From Mobula birostris (taxonomy: Eukaryota), in assembly GCF_030028105.1 (NCBI RefSeq), contig NC_092378.1, forward strand, positions 139,923,731-139,987,730: a stretch of DNA of 64,000 nt, given 5' to 3'. This document shows, one piece after another, positions 24,107 through 36,900 of this stretch. Numbering within the stretch: position 1 is the stretch's first letter; each line of letters begins with the position of its first letter. A model generated the notes under the pieces. That model had not been told where the DNA came from and did not search any database. It saw only the letters and a program-made list of their open reading frames with translations. The translations under genes and the position numbers were made by a program.

Positions 24107-26663
24107 TTCTTTGTACCCTGTTAATTTTGTGAATGTGCTTGAAGATCTGTAACCTGATGCTCTTTAGTAAAGAATATCTGTAATGGCAGACATTGTGCTC
24201 TGGGTGCTATGTTAAGGAGCTATGTATAGCTGTGTTGCCTAAGAGTGCTTGATTCAGGAGGTTATCTGCTTCAACAGAACTAGCCTATTTTTTTAACAGC
24301 CAATTTACCCTGTAGGACATTAGTTCACACAGCAACTTGAGTTATTTCAATATAGTGAGTTTAAGTATAAACTTCAGGAATTAAAGACATACTGTAGTTG
24401 ATTCCTAATCAATAAGTTTTCAAATCAAATCTAATGCTGCAATTAATATTTTCCATACTCAGATATTTTTCTGAATGAAGTGCATGTAAAAATAGTATGT
24501 TATATAATAGACTGCCTTATGCATACCTCCTATTAAGAATGCCACAAGTGACTGAGGAATTCACTTTCACAAGGCTTGTTTCGAAAGTAGAATTTAATTT
24601 GTATACTATAATTGGGAAACAAAAATCATTGATTGTTTCTGAAGTGTTTTAAATTCACAAGAGGCAGCATCATGAGTTATTGAAACTTATTGAAGCACGC
24701 AGTATCATCGGTGCTATAACATAAAGATCATTAGAGACATTATTTTGCCTGCTGTTCATTTGAGACATATGGACTGACATTGCTTATGATCAGATAGGAA
24801 CTGTTCTTCCAGATGATGTTAACTTTCATTTATTTACAATGTGGGCCCATCCTTAATTTCCCTTGAATTGACTGATTTGTTGGCCATTCAGGAGGAGTCA
24901 ACCATGTAGATGTGCAGGTCTGGCTCCACATATCAGTCAGATTGGGAATCGACTTTCCTTAAAGATTGTTCATGAACAAAATGGGTTGCAATGATAATCC
25001 GGTGATTTTGTGGTTATACAAGCTTTTACATTTACTCCTCCATCAGTGGTGGATTTGAACTGAAGATGTAATTGCTGTGGTATTGTGTTTCCTGAATGAC
25101 TGATTAGAAGTGTGAAGCTTGATTTCTACAATTGAGGTTTCATCTGAAGGAATATTTTACTGCATCTGCTCTGTTGTACTTGCAAGTGAAGGAAATAAAG
25201 ATACCTTTAAGTCCTGTGGTGGGATTGAAGAGAACATTAATTTAGCATAAAAAAAATCACTAACCTCATGTTTCATTGAACAAAGAATAAAAATGATGAA
25301 AATTGAAAAACCGTATTCAAAAGATTTTGGAATTGCTATATTTAGAAATATACTGAAATGTCTACGTTTCTAAAACCTCAAATTTTAAAAAGAGGAAGTG
25401 ATAGAAATGCTCAGCAGATTAGGGAGTATATGTAGATATACAGGTCTGAAAGTACACGTATCAGATTAGCTAAGACTGGGAGTCAAAAAGGCCAAATAAT
25501 TTTTTAAGATCCAGGTAAAAGAGGAGTGGGATAGGTTGGATATCAGGAATATACAGAATATAATTTTTTATTGAAGCAGAACTAAAGACCATAATTCTCT
25601 ATTAGTTTGAAAATAGTTATGGAAAAAGATGGGACTAATCCACAAATTAAAATCCTAAATTGAGGTAAGACAAAAGTGAATTGGGATAGGCTATTGCAGG
25701 TAAAGATTTGCCTTCTAAAAAGTCTGGGGGAGTTTAAGGATGGTATATTTTCGTTACAATGAAGTGTTTGTCTTTTGTAGGGTAGGAAAGTGCAAAACAA
25801 AACATGGATTTCAGATGAGGGGGGTAGCGTTTAAAAAAGGATCAAAGGGAAAATTTTACACACTGAGTGTGATGGGTATCTGGAATGAGTTGCCAGCGGA
25901 AGCTAGAGTTAGGTACAATTGCCATGTTTAAAAGACATTTAGAGATGTACATAGATAGATAGGTTAGAAGATAGAGGCTGTCTAAATTTGTAATGAGGTC
26001 AAAATTTACTTTTAAGTCCGAATGAAAGGGTAGACTTAAAAATGTTCTGAATTTTATGAAATAATCTAATCCAAAATTTGTCCTGGGTGTCACTGGGATG
26101 TGTGCTTAATTTTGAATAACCTTTAAATATCACTAATTTTGACACTTAGATTTATGTCTCCATTAGATTAATCTTTTGTTTCTTTGTTCATTGTTTTTTT
26201 GTTTAAATTTCCCACCCTACCACAGATCTACTTTATTGGATTTTTTTCCCCCATTTCTTGACATCTTAAAACAAGTCTAGTTCTTAATCTTTACCCATTC
26301 TGATGAAAGACACAAACATGAAATGCTGCCTCCTTGTCTCTATAAGTGCTCTTTGACCCACTTAGCACTTATAAATTTTTCTCTTTTTATTTCAGATTTA
26401 CAGCATTTTTCAGTATTTTGGTTCGGTAGAACATTTTGTTCATAAAATATATAATTTGCCAAGTGGCTAAATTTTCTTCTTGCGTTCCTACTGACATCCA
26501 TCAGTTTCAATTCTGTTTCTGGTTCACCAAACCAGTAAAATAATTTCCCCGAGCACTGTGAAACATTTTACTACCTTTTATGCTGCTTAATGTTCAAGTT
26601 AGTGCAGTTATTGTTATTTCTGCTCAATCAGCTGAGCATTATTTGCACAACTTTAATAAGGTT

Positions 26664-26800
26664 AAGTCCTGATGAAGGGCCTCGGCCTGAAACATCGACT
26701 GTTTATTCCCTTCCATAGATGCTGCTTGACCTGCTGAGTTCCTTCAGCATTTTGGGACTCTTGCTCTGGATTTCAGAATGTGCATAATCTCTTGTGTTTA
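26664..26800 (+). mobile_element. Solo Penelope pLTR with a minimal hammerhead motif
   Basis: AGTC-CTGATGA-AGGGCCTCGGCCT-GAAAC-ATC-GACT at 26665-26700; TSD taataag(g/c)tt. Confidence 0.75.
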
Positions 26801-27008
26801 TAATAAGCTTACTGAACCTGAAGGAAATATTGCATCAATAACAATTTATATTGGCCAGAAATGTCAGGCCCCCATTAACTGATTAATGTATTGTTATAAT
26901 TGCTTATGCAGATATTATGTGCTTGTAAAAGATGAAGTAATCACAATATAGCCACTTGAATAATTTGACTGTGATAATTGTAGGTAACATCTCATGTTGC
27001 GCTTGATG

Positions 27009-28822
27009 TTAGCAGTTAACAAAATAGTCCTCGCTGATGTCTCTCAGATCTGTACTAGCTATGGCTTGTGGGCTTGCACATGTGATGTTATTGTATGTAT
27101 ACACAAGTGTATGGCTTTCATCCCTTTCTACTGTTGATTCAAAGTAACGGGGCACAACATGGGGGTTCTCCAGACAGTAGTCTCTGAGGGACTTCAACAA
27201 GCAGTCGCAATGCCATCTATTACCATCCAACAGTAATTGTTCAAGTTCTGATGACTGTTTCAAAAGTTGATCTGGGAAATGTCTTAAAGAATTGTTCTTG
27301 AGGTTCAGATATTTTAACCTGGTCAGTGGCTTAAAAGTATGATTGTAGAAAAACTCAATAAAATTCTCTGATAAATCAAGCCAAGAGAGCTGCTGAAGAG
27401 GTTGAAAGGCGATGTCAGGAATTTTTGCAAGTTTATTGCACTTTAACAGAAGATATTCCAGATTTGATATTCCTGTGAAGGCATGAGGAGGTAGCTCTAC
27501 GAGTTTGTTGTACCTGAAATCTAGTTCCAAAAGCCCTCCTAAGTCACTGAGGCTATGATTCTCAATGACTGAAATGTGATTATTTTGCAAGAAAAGTCGT
27601 CGAAGGCCAATCAGTCCAGAAAATATGTTGGGTTGAATTCTTGTGACTGCATTATTTTCTAAATGCAAACTATGAAGATTAGAAAGACCCTTAAAGGTGT
27701 ATTCTGCTAAGTCCTTTAAGAAGTTGCTAGATAGATTAAGGATGGCTACATCACAAAGACCAACAAATGCGCCTGGTCTGATCTCCTGTATTTGATTATT
27801 ATTCAGAGTGAGGATTTCTAGTTGGACTAAGCCCTCAAAAATGTTCTCAGGAAGACTTCTAATTTTGTTGTACCCAAATTGGAGCTCTTCTAGAAATTGA
27901 AGTTCTCTGAAGGTCTTGTGCCTTAACCTTGTGATGGAGTTGTTGAACACTCGAAGTACGTGGAGGTTTGGGAGCCCAGCAAATGTCTCCTCATGCAATA
28001 TGGTAATACGATTGTGGGACAGGTCTAACCACCTGAGAGACTTCATTCCCATGAAAGCTCCAGGCATGATAATGCTGATTTGATTATGACTCAAATAGAG
28101 CTTCTGAAGTTTTTGCAGTTTCACAAAGATGTTCCTCTTAATAATTCTCAACAGGTTTGTAGACAGATCAAGTTCCTTCAGCTCTGTCACGCTGGTAAAT
28201 AGTTGTGGCTGCAGGTACATAAGTCTATTTCCTGCTAAAATAAGCTCCCTTAACTTAGACAAATTATGAAAACTTGCTGTAGGCAACACTGCAAGATTAT
28301 TCCAACCCAGATTCAGGTACCAGAGATGGGAAAGGCTGGAAAATAATGTTTCCTCAATTTTGCCAAAGTTGTTGTTGTTCAGACTAAGTGAGCCAAGAAT
28401 TGGAGTGTGCTGGAATACTCTTGGTGTCAGGTGTTTCAGATTGTTCCTTTCCAAGTGGAGGTGGACCAGTTGCTTCAAACCATAGAAAGCATGTTGGTCT
28501 ATGCTAACTATCTGTCCTTTCTCAAGGTTCAGGAAGTCCAGATTTGGCAGATTTCTGAAAGCATAGGATGGAAGAACTGTGAAGTTGTTACTGTCAAACC
28601 ACACTGTTTTGGCATTAGTTGGTACATCGTTAGGAATGCTGGTAAGATTGTGAGAGCTGCAGTAGACATTCAGTTCTTCAGTGTAGTCATCGAAAGTGCA
28701 TGTGCACACGTGAGGGCATGTGAAATTTTTGTTATCTGTCTGTCCCTCTGGTGGTAACTGTGAGTTTGTTCCCATCAGCGAAATGAACCTCAGATAAACA
28801 ATAAGCAAAACAAAGCAAGTTT
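27009..28822 (-). CDS. IGFALS: IGFALS exon 2: insulin-like growth factor-binding protein acid-labile subunit (LRR protein)
   Basis: Acceptor ttttcttttag|AA. Encodes a hydrophobic signal peptide, LRRNT CPHVCTC, about 20 LRRs, LRRCT WHCDC and the C-terminus CASPQAIASTDLRDISEDYFVNC, like human ALS. Synteny with NUBP2 agrees. Confidence 0.95.
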
Positions 28823-29142
28823 CTAAAAGAAAACACAAAATGCAGTAAGAAAACATAAAATATTTGATTTTGGGTAATATTATATTCCTGTTCCTTTGGT
28901 TGAAATAAGACAAATAATGATCATCATGGCAATGCTTAGAGCAGGGCAGAATAAATTTCCTGGACACCGGAGCGTTATCCTATAGCTAAGGTACAACAGA
29001 TTGCAACTTGCCCTGTCCTTTTAACAACATGTTCCGGGGACCTATCCTGTGGGCAATAAAAGGAATTCATAGGTTAGTGATGATTATCCTACTGAAGATA
29101 CTTATTCCTTAAAAAATGTGTCTTTTATGCTTGAATGTGAAT

Positions 29143-29418
29143 TACAGTCAGTGGCCACACCTGTACACCTGCTCATCAGTGCGAGGATCTAATCAGCCAA
29201 TCGCGTGGCAGAAACTCAATGCATATAAGCATGTAGACATGGTCAAGAGGTTCAGATCAAACAATAGAATGGGGAAGAAATGTGTTCCCAGTGACTATAA
29301 TACGACAATGGTATGCAGAAGAGCACATCATTTCAAACCTTGCAGTGGATGGGGTACAGCAGCAGAAGACCACATCAGGTTTCTACTCCTATACCTAATA
29401 CAGTGGCCACCTAGTGTA
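29143..29418 (+). mobile_element. Tc1-like short derivative in the IGFALS intron
   Basis: TA-flanked TIRs cagtcagtggccac / gtggccacctagtg. Confidence 0.7.
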
Positions 29419-29779
29419 AATGAAAAACCATGAACTTTTATTATGCAGTTTTTGTAGCAGTTCTGTTTTTTTTGTGGAAGTAGTGGAAGATTTGAGTGGA
29501 TTCTATACCACTGTTGGAGATCACGGTACTTTTATTTCGGGCCACATTGGTTTTGTTCATTTCCTATTAAAAGATCCTGAATAATTCTTTTGATATGAAA
29601 AAAAATCAAACTTAATTTAAGATTAATTACTGTCCTATCAGAATCATTGTGATAAATTTTGCCAGTTTTGATCATCTTTAACAATTGAAATAAAAATAAA
29701 TGGCACACCACGCATACTGATTTAATCTATGAGGTCCTACTTCAACAGTTTAGGGGAACACTAGGCTGGGAGTTTGCGG

Positions 29780-30575
29780 AAGGACTTAGTTTACGAGACT
29801 GGGCAAAAAGTGGCAGATGGACTACAGTGTAGGAAAGTGTATGGTCATGCACGTTGGCAGAGGAATAAAGGCATAGAGTATTTTCTAAACGTGGACCACT
29901 TAGAAATCAGAAGTGCAGAGGGACTAGAGAGTATCAGTGCAGAATTCCCTGAAAATTAACTTGCAGGTTGAGTCAGTGGTAAGAAAAGCAGATGCGATAA
30001 AAGCATTCATTTCATGGGATTACAATATAATAGCAAGGATGTAATGCTGAGACTTTTTAAGCCAGTGGTCAGACCACTTTAGAGTAATATGATCAATTTT
30101 GTGCCCCGTATCTAAGAAAGGATCTGCTGGCATTGGAGAGGGTCTACAGGAAATTTTCAAGAATGATCGTAGGAATGAAAGGGTTAATATAAGAGGAGCA
30201 TTTAATGGCTCTGGGCCTGTACCTGCTACAATTTAGAAGAATGAAGGAGTATCACATTGAAACTTACTGAATAATGAAAGGCATAGATGCAGTGGACTTG
30301 CGGATGATGTTTTCAATAGTGGGAGAATCTAGGCCTAGAAGGACGCCTCTTTAGAACAAAAATGAGGAGGAATTTTTTTTTCATTCAGAGGGTGGTGAAT
30401 TCATAGAATTCATTGTCACAGATGGTTGGGGAGGCGAAGTCATCGGATATACTGGTTATAGGGAGAAGACAGGAGAATGGGGTTGAGAGGGTTAATAAAA
30501 CAGTCAAGATGGAATGCCAGCATTGACTCCATGGGCCAATTGATCTAATTCTCTCCTATGCCTTATGGTCTTATT
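29780..30575 (+). mobile_element. CR1 3' fragment in the IGFALS intron
   Basis: Degenerate CR1 RT C-terminus and tail cttatggtctta. Confidence 0.7.
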
Positions 30576-31292
30576 AAAGATTTTGTTCTATAGTCAGGGT
30601 GTTGGGCATCAGCATCAAACACAGTTATTAGAAGTGAAAAATATTAGCAGGCCGTTCATCTCATTGCTGTCTTGTGCAATGGTGATGGTGTAGAATGGTC
30701 AATGCGTTTACGTGTTAGTGAAGTAGTGAGCGCAACGTGTGCCATTTTGTGTGTTAGGAACCAACTGGTAGCCTTAAACACACCAGTGATGTGTTTAATG
30801 ATTTCAAATGTCGGGATGCAGTGTCTCTAATTACACCTTGGCAGAATCCCCACAGAAGCAAATGTGCATGAAATATTCCAAATTATTTCAAAAACATTGC
30901 TCTATGGTCTCTAAATTTTAATCTAATTGCACCTTCTATGGAGGTGGACTTGTGTCAGATAAATTCCAGGCATCACCTTGAAAAGAAATGTTGCATTCCC
31001 TCAAATTCTAGTTTCTAAAATCTAAATACTTTAAGTCTCTCTTAGCCATGACTAGTGCAGTATTTTTCTAACCGTTCCTTCACCATTTCAATAATTCACA
31101 AGGCCTTGCTAACTGTGGGATTTTTATCTTTGACAAATACTGTGAAACAGTGCGTAGCAGGAAAGAAATAGTCCTGAAAAATTTGTGCACAATGCCGAAA
31201 TCTATTGTGCTTGCTATTGACTAAGACCCTCCTTACTTTCAACTCCAGCCACCTTCCCCACCAGCCCCCCAAAACCACAATAAGCATCTTAC

Positions 31293-31308
31293 CCACAGAT
31301 TTGCTCAT
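31293..31308 (-). CDS. IGFALS: IGFALS coding exon 1 (MSKSV, phase 1)
   Basis: aaaATGAGCAAATCTGTGG|gtaaga. The 16-nt phase-1 exon splices in frame to exon 2 (MSKSVETCFVLL..., 609 aa), as in the mammalian gene structure. Confidence 0.75.
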
Positions 31309-32298
31309 TTTGTTCCTACTGTATGTTTTCTGAATCGTCTTGTGTCCAGACTGGATAATGCAGGTGGAAAATAGAATTATTCTGCACAGCTTCAGTTTTC
31401 ATAAGATAGCTTCAGACCACAGGTTGATTCAGCATGGTGTTTCACATGTCTCATTCTTTTCTTAATACATAATTATTTTAACTCCCTCACTGATCAGTGG
31501 ACTGTGTTAGTGACCAAATGGCAATGAGCCAAAATAAGGTCAGCAGAAAAATAAACATCTGGTTCACAGTAAAGAAAGAATCAATAGTATTTACTTAAAA
31601 CATCCACATGTAGCAATATTTAGCTACTTTGCTGCCATAAAACATGCTGCTGCCAATGGAATGTTCTTCTTGAGGCCAGATACATTCAGTTAATAAAGAT
31701 CCGATAAGACCTCTGCCTGGCCAGCTCTCAATAATTAATTATGCAACCTTTCAATTTTGTGTCCCTTGAATGATGAAATTGGGAAAACTTGCTTATTATT
31801 GTCACGAGCTGAGGAACAATGAAAACCTATCTTACGTGCCATCCGTACAACAGTGTTTTGAGGTGGTACGAGCCATCAAGTAGTATATTTACAGCGAACA
31901 TGCCACACAGGCGGACAATAATGTGCAAGGCCATGATGAGGTAGATTATGAGTTCATGAATCCATTTTACCACACAGGGGGACCATACAATGGTCTTATA
32001 ACTGCAGGATAAAATTTGTATTGGTGTCTGGCGATATGTGCTTTCAGGCTTTCGATATTGAATGGTATTTGTAATAATGGTAACTGTGACACTACCTGGT
32101 TGAGTTTTGTTTATATTTTTTTAAAATTCTGTTTTGTGTTTTGGATGCCATTGGGAAGGCCAGCATTATTACCAATCCCTGATTGCTCTTGAGAAAGTAA
32201 TCGTAAGTTGTCTCCTTGAAGTGGTGGTGAAGATACTCTCAAAGTGTTGTTGGGTATGGAAGTCCAGAGGTTAACCAAACCTAGAAGAAATGATGATG

Positions 32299-32830
32299 CA
32301 GTACCGTGCAAAAGTTTTAGGCGCATATGTATAGCTAGAGTACCAAAGACTTTTGCACTGTACTGTATTTATCAACGTGGAGTGGAGAGCGAGTTTGTAA
32401 ATCTGGCGAGAGCAAAGAATGTTGGGAACACTGCATGAGGGGTGTGGGACAGGTGGCAGAAGGAGTGCCAGGGGCATGGAATGGTGCAGGTGCAGACACA
32501 CCCAACCCTGAGACACCAGGCAAGGTCATCTGATTCCAAACAATCGGTTTATTGATCATCACAGAATGTCCCTCTGGTGTTTCCTGATCCCTCCTCCTCT
32601 CTTCCCCTTTTCCCAACCGTGATTCCCTTCTCCCTGCCCCCTTTCCACTCTTAGTCCACAATAGAGATCCATACCAGAATTTGGTTTATCATTACTCACA
32701 TATGTCATGAAATTTGCGTTTTTTTGCGGCCGCGGTGGAGTGCAATGCATAAAATTACTACAGTACTGTGCAAAAGTCTTCGGCACCCTAGATATATATA
32801 TCCTGTATGTGCCTAAGACTTTTACACAGT
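32299..32830. mobile_element. Tc1-like MITE with hairpin (double-TIR) ends
   Basis: Each end reads cagtac(c/t)gtgcaaaagt...acttttgcactgtactg. Homologous copies at 41036-41544 and 43650-44430. Confidence 0.75.
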
Positions 32831-33404
32831 CCCAAGTCATGGTTGTATGTGATTTTGAACAGAGTTAAAGTCCAAGTAGACAACATTAACTGCCCTACCC
32901 TCATCTCCTTTTTTGGTTACCTCTTCAAAAAAAAACTCTAAAAGGTTTATTAAGCACGATTTTCCACATGCAAAGCAAGTCATGAGAAAAAGCAATACCT
33001 AGCAAGAAGTCTCGTAATCAGAATAGCTGGGGGCACTGTAAAGGCAAGGAAAAGAATACTCTTTTAAACTGTATTTATTTCAACGCTCGAAGTTTAACAG
33101 GTAAGGGATACGCACTCAGAGAGGGGATTGGCTTTGAGGACCTTGATGTTACAGCCATAAGAGAAACATGGCTGACAGCTCTGTATTCCAGGATAAGAGA
33201 TACAGATGCTACACAAATTACAGAGGTACAGGGAAGTGAGAAAAGGGTGTAGCCTTTTTGATAACAAAAGGGATGTAACAGCAGTACTTAGAGATGGCAT
33301 TCTTGGGGGATCATTCAGTGAGCATATGGGTAGAATTTAGAAGCAAGATGCAAAGGCTCTCTCGTGTGTGTACCCAACAATAGTCAGAAGGAATCAGATT
33401 ACCT

Positions 33405-34020
33405 TAGATTAGATTATGAAGACACGCAGTCCTCTTTTATTGTCATTCAGTAATGCATGCATTAAGAAAAGATACAATATTTCCTCCGGTGTGATATTAC
33501 AAAACACAGGACAGACCAAGACTGAAAAAACTGACAAAACCACATAATTATAACATATAGTTACAACAGTGAAACAATGCCATAACTTGATGAAGAAGTC
33601 CATGAGCACAGTAAAAGTTCAAAGTCTCTCAAATATCCCACATCTCACGCAGATGGGAGAAGGAAGAAAAGCTCGCCCTGCCATGCCGACCACAATCTGA
33701 CTCTGAGTCATCCGAAAACTTCGAGCTCTGATCAGCTCTGCGACACCGAGTACTGAGCAAATGATTTGACCTCAACCTCTGTTGCCAACAGCAGGCAAAG
33801 TCAGGGATTTTGAGGCCTACCCTCCGAAAGATTCCCAACCACACAGTAATGACAGCAGCGAACGAGCGTTTCAGAAATTTCTCCAGATGTTCCTCTGTGC
33901 TTTCACGTCCATTCTCCATCAAATCAGAATTGTTCACGGCCCCTATTTAACAGATACGATATCATTTTTCACCAGAGAGCTGTGCACGCGCACGGTGCGC
34001 TGCCTCTCTCCTCCCGCGAT
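33405..34020 (-). mobile_element. Non-autonomous retroposon with (AATCT)n tail
   Basis: Tail ttagattagatta and poly(A) signal on the minus strand, a GC-rich 5' end and no recognisable ORF; it sits inside a CR1 fragment. Confidence 0.45.
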
Positions 34021-35359
34021 GAGCATGTGTTTAGAGTAATTGTTCAAAGTTATAAGAATAATAGGGTTAAGGGCTTGAGGAGGGTGAAATTTGTAAAAAG
34101 ACAACAAGATGCAAGGTAGATTGTGAGGTCAAGAGTCCCTTTTCTCATACTGGGAGCTGTTCAATTATCTTCTAACAGCGGGATAGTAGATGCATTAAGA
34201 AATGTTTTGATAGGTACATGAATCATGAGAGAAACAGAACAAAATGGACATTGTGTAGGCAGAGGGGATTAGTTGGCCATTTGATTACTAACTTAATTGG
34301 TTTGGCACACCATTGTGGGCCGAAAGGCCTGTTCCTGTGTTGTACTGTTCTATGTTCTATGTGTCTAGACAAGTTCCCTGTGTCAATATGTAGAGGACTC
34401 TTTTCATGTACCCTTTGAAAACATGTCAGTGGAGTACAATTTATTGTATCGTAGGGCATGAGATGCGGCCCAGGAGGGGCAGGCACGGGTCTGTCTGTTC
34501 AGGAGCCAGGGTTGGATCAATCTTCATCTAGCAACTCGTCCACTGCCATTCTAACATGGGTGGCTCTGAGCTGGCATCGCCTGATGGAGCGCTTGAAGCA
34601 CACAAACCTCCAAATGACATCAATGTGTTGATCCAGGTCATGGAGGAGGGAAGTACAGTTAATCTTTATTAGGTTACATTTATAAAATTGATCTGTACCC
34701 TTCTGTTTTAGGCAGGTTGCTTATGGGGTTTATTTATATTGAAATGTTAGTTAGTGAGTACCTCTCAAAAGTAATTTTGGCATCTTTAGTTTTGAATAAC
34801 TTTCATAACTTTACTTGGAATCATTTCTATTGGAAGAATAACTTTCCAACATGTTAAATAACAGAGTAACTATGCCAAGGAAGGACAATACAATTAAGTT
34901 CATACACAGTTTCATAATTAAGTTTTATCCAGCCAGTGAAGGTAAAACATTTATGAGTTTTATATTTCACTTCACCGTCCACAAAATGGATAATCTAATA
35001 AGATTATTCCTGCTGCTATGCTTTCAAATGCAAGTAACATGTTACCCCCATTACCTATCTGTACAGGCGTGATGTGTAAAGCGTTGGCATGATTTTCCAT
35101 TTCATGCTAATTCAAGATTGAAAAGAAAAGCAGAACAAAAGGCTTTGTCTTGAAATAAAGTTCTCACTGCTTTCATTTTGATAAACTTTGATCCCATTGC
35201 TCTGAAGTTTATGCTAATGACAGTCAATGCTGGAAATCCAGAACACAGCCCAAAATGTCAGAAACACTCAGCAAGTTGGGCAGCATCTATGGAGAAAGAA
35301 ACAGTCAACTTCAGAAAGGGTTGAAACTTTAGATAGGGAACCGGTGATTCCCAAACTTT

Positions 35360-35608
35360 CAAGCAACACACGCAAAATGCTGATGGAACACAGCAGACCA
35401 GGCAGCATCTATAGGAAGAAGTACAGACGACGTTTCGGGCTGAGACGCTTCGTCAGGACTTGGCTCAAAACGTCAGCCTGACGAAGCGTCTCAGCCCGAA
35501 ACATGGACTGTACTTCTTCCTATAGATGCTGCCTGGCCTGCTACGTTCCACCAGCATTTTGTGTGTGCTGCTTGAATTTCCAGCATCTGCAGGTTTTCTC
35601 ATGTTTGA
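35360..35608. mobile_element. Palindromic Penelope-derived element with hammerhead motifs on both strands
   Basis: 13-bp TSD attcccaaacttt, ~100-bp inverted arms and CTGACGA...GAAAC cores at 35424-35460 (-) and 35474-35510 (+). Confidence 0.8.
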
Positions 35609-36609
35609 ATTCCCAAACTTTTTTGGGTTACCACCCCCTTGGCTCCCAGACCATATCCCCAGTGCTCCCTCCTTTTCTGGCTGTTATATAAAAAAACTAT
35701 GAATAATTTTGATTTACAATGCACAGTGAAAAAAAATAGGAACTGCAAATTCTAAAGCCATGACAAATAATTGCAAAAATTATTCAAATCTATTTAAAGC
35801 TACAAATACATTTATTTCTTTATTTAATTATAGTAAAAACAATTTTCATCAACAATTTTAGAGTGTATATTATAAGTCAAACTATGCACTACTGCTGAAG
35901 AATTTTGGCTGGAAATGTCGACTGTACTTTTTTCCATAGATGCTGCCTGGCCTGCTGAGTTCCTCCAGCTTTTTGTCTGTGTTCCTTAGGTTTCCAGCAT
36001 CTGCAGATTTTCTCTTGTTTGTATTCACTACTTTGTTGCCTTTTCACCTTTCAATGAGATGGATGGGCTTGGTACAGTGCTATCAGCTTCTCAACACTAG
36101 GCTCAATGTCGCTCAGAAGGAGTCTCAGATCCCACATGCAGTAACTTGTGGTCTATTTTGTTGCTTTGGAAGAAGTTCGGTGACTGCACTGAAACCGTAT
36201 TCCACGAAGTATGAAAGAAAGTAATAACCCCAATGGTGCCCCATCTGTTGCACGGACAAGAATGCTGAAGAGTGGAATGTGCTTCTCTTTGAAATTTTGT
36301 GACACGTTGGTGATTAGAAACTTGATTCTGATTTTGATTCAGAGTTTGGGCAAATGTCAAGGCAAAGTGAGTTGTGGTTTGTCAGAAGATTGTGCGTTCA
36401 ATCCAATCCACTGAAGGCTGAGTACTGCGTTGCCTGAGGTTTGGTCATTGGATGAGATGTTACGCCCAAGTCACTTCTGGTTTCTCATCTGGACATAACA
36501 GACACAAAGAAGGACAGAGGCACAGGTGCCAGTGCATTATTTAACCCTCAGAAGTTGTAATTTAAGTTGAGCAGCTGTTCTTTATCATACTGATAATTTT
36601 AATTTTTAG

Positions 36610-36900
36610 AATTTTATTTATTGGGATTCAGCGCAGAATAGGCCCGTCCAGCCCTTTGAGCTGCACAGCCCAGCAATCCCCTGATTTAATCCTAGCCTAA
36701 TCATGGGATAGTTTACAATGACTGATTAGCCTACTAACTAGTTTGTCTTTGGACTGTGGGAGGAAACAGGAGCACCTGGACGAAACCCTCTCGGTCAAGG
36801 GGAGAAGATACAAACTCCTTGCAGGCAGCGGTGGGAATTGACCCCGGGTCACCAGTGCTATAAGGAGTTGTGCTAACCACTACACCACCGTGCCACCCCA
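36610..36900 (-). mobile_element. V-SINE, near full length
   Basis: Minus strand shows a tRNA-like head ggggtggcacggtggtgtagtggttagc...gggtcaattccc and the V-domain. Confidence 0.8.

Noticed and set aside
28823-28967. N-terminal extension of the 652-aa LRR ORF
   Set aside because: The frame is open through intron sequence from a non-ATG start. A strong acceptor at 28823-28824 and an in-phase upstream exon explain the true start.
31309-32300. Proximal STAT5 GAS element for IGFALS
   Set aside because: No TTCNNNGAA found by eye in this interval.
36820-36900. tRNA-like heads here and at other V-SINE copies
   Set aside because: They have A/B boxes but no full cloverleaf and continue into the V-domain, so they are SINE heads, not tRNA genes.
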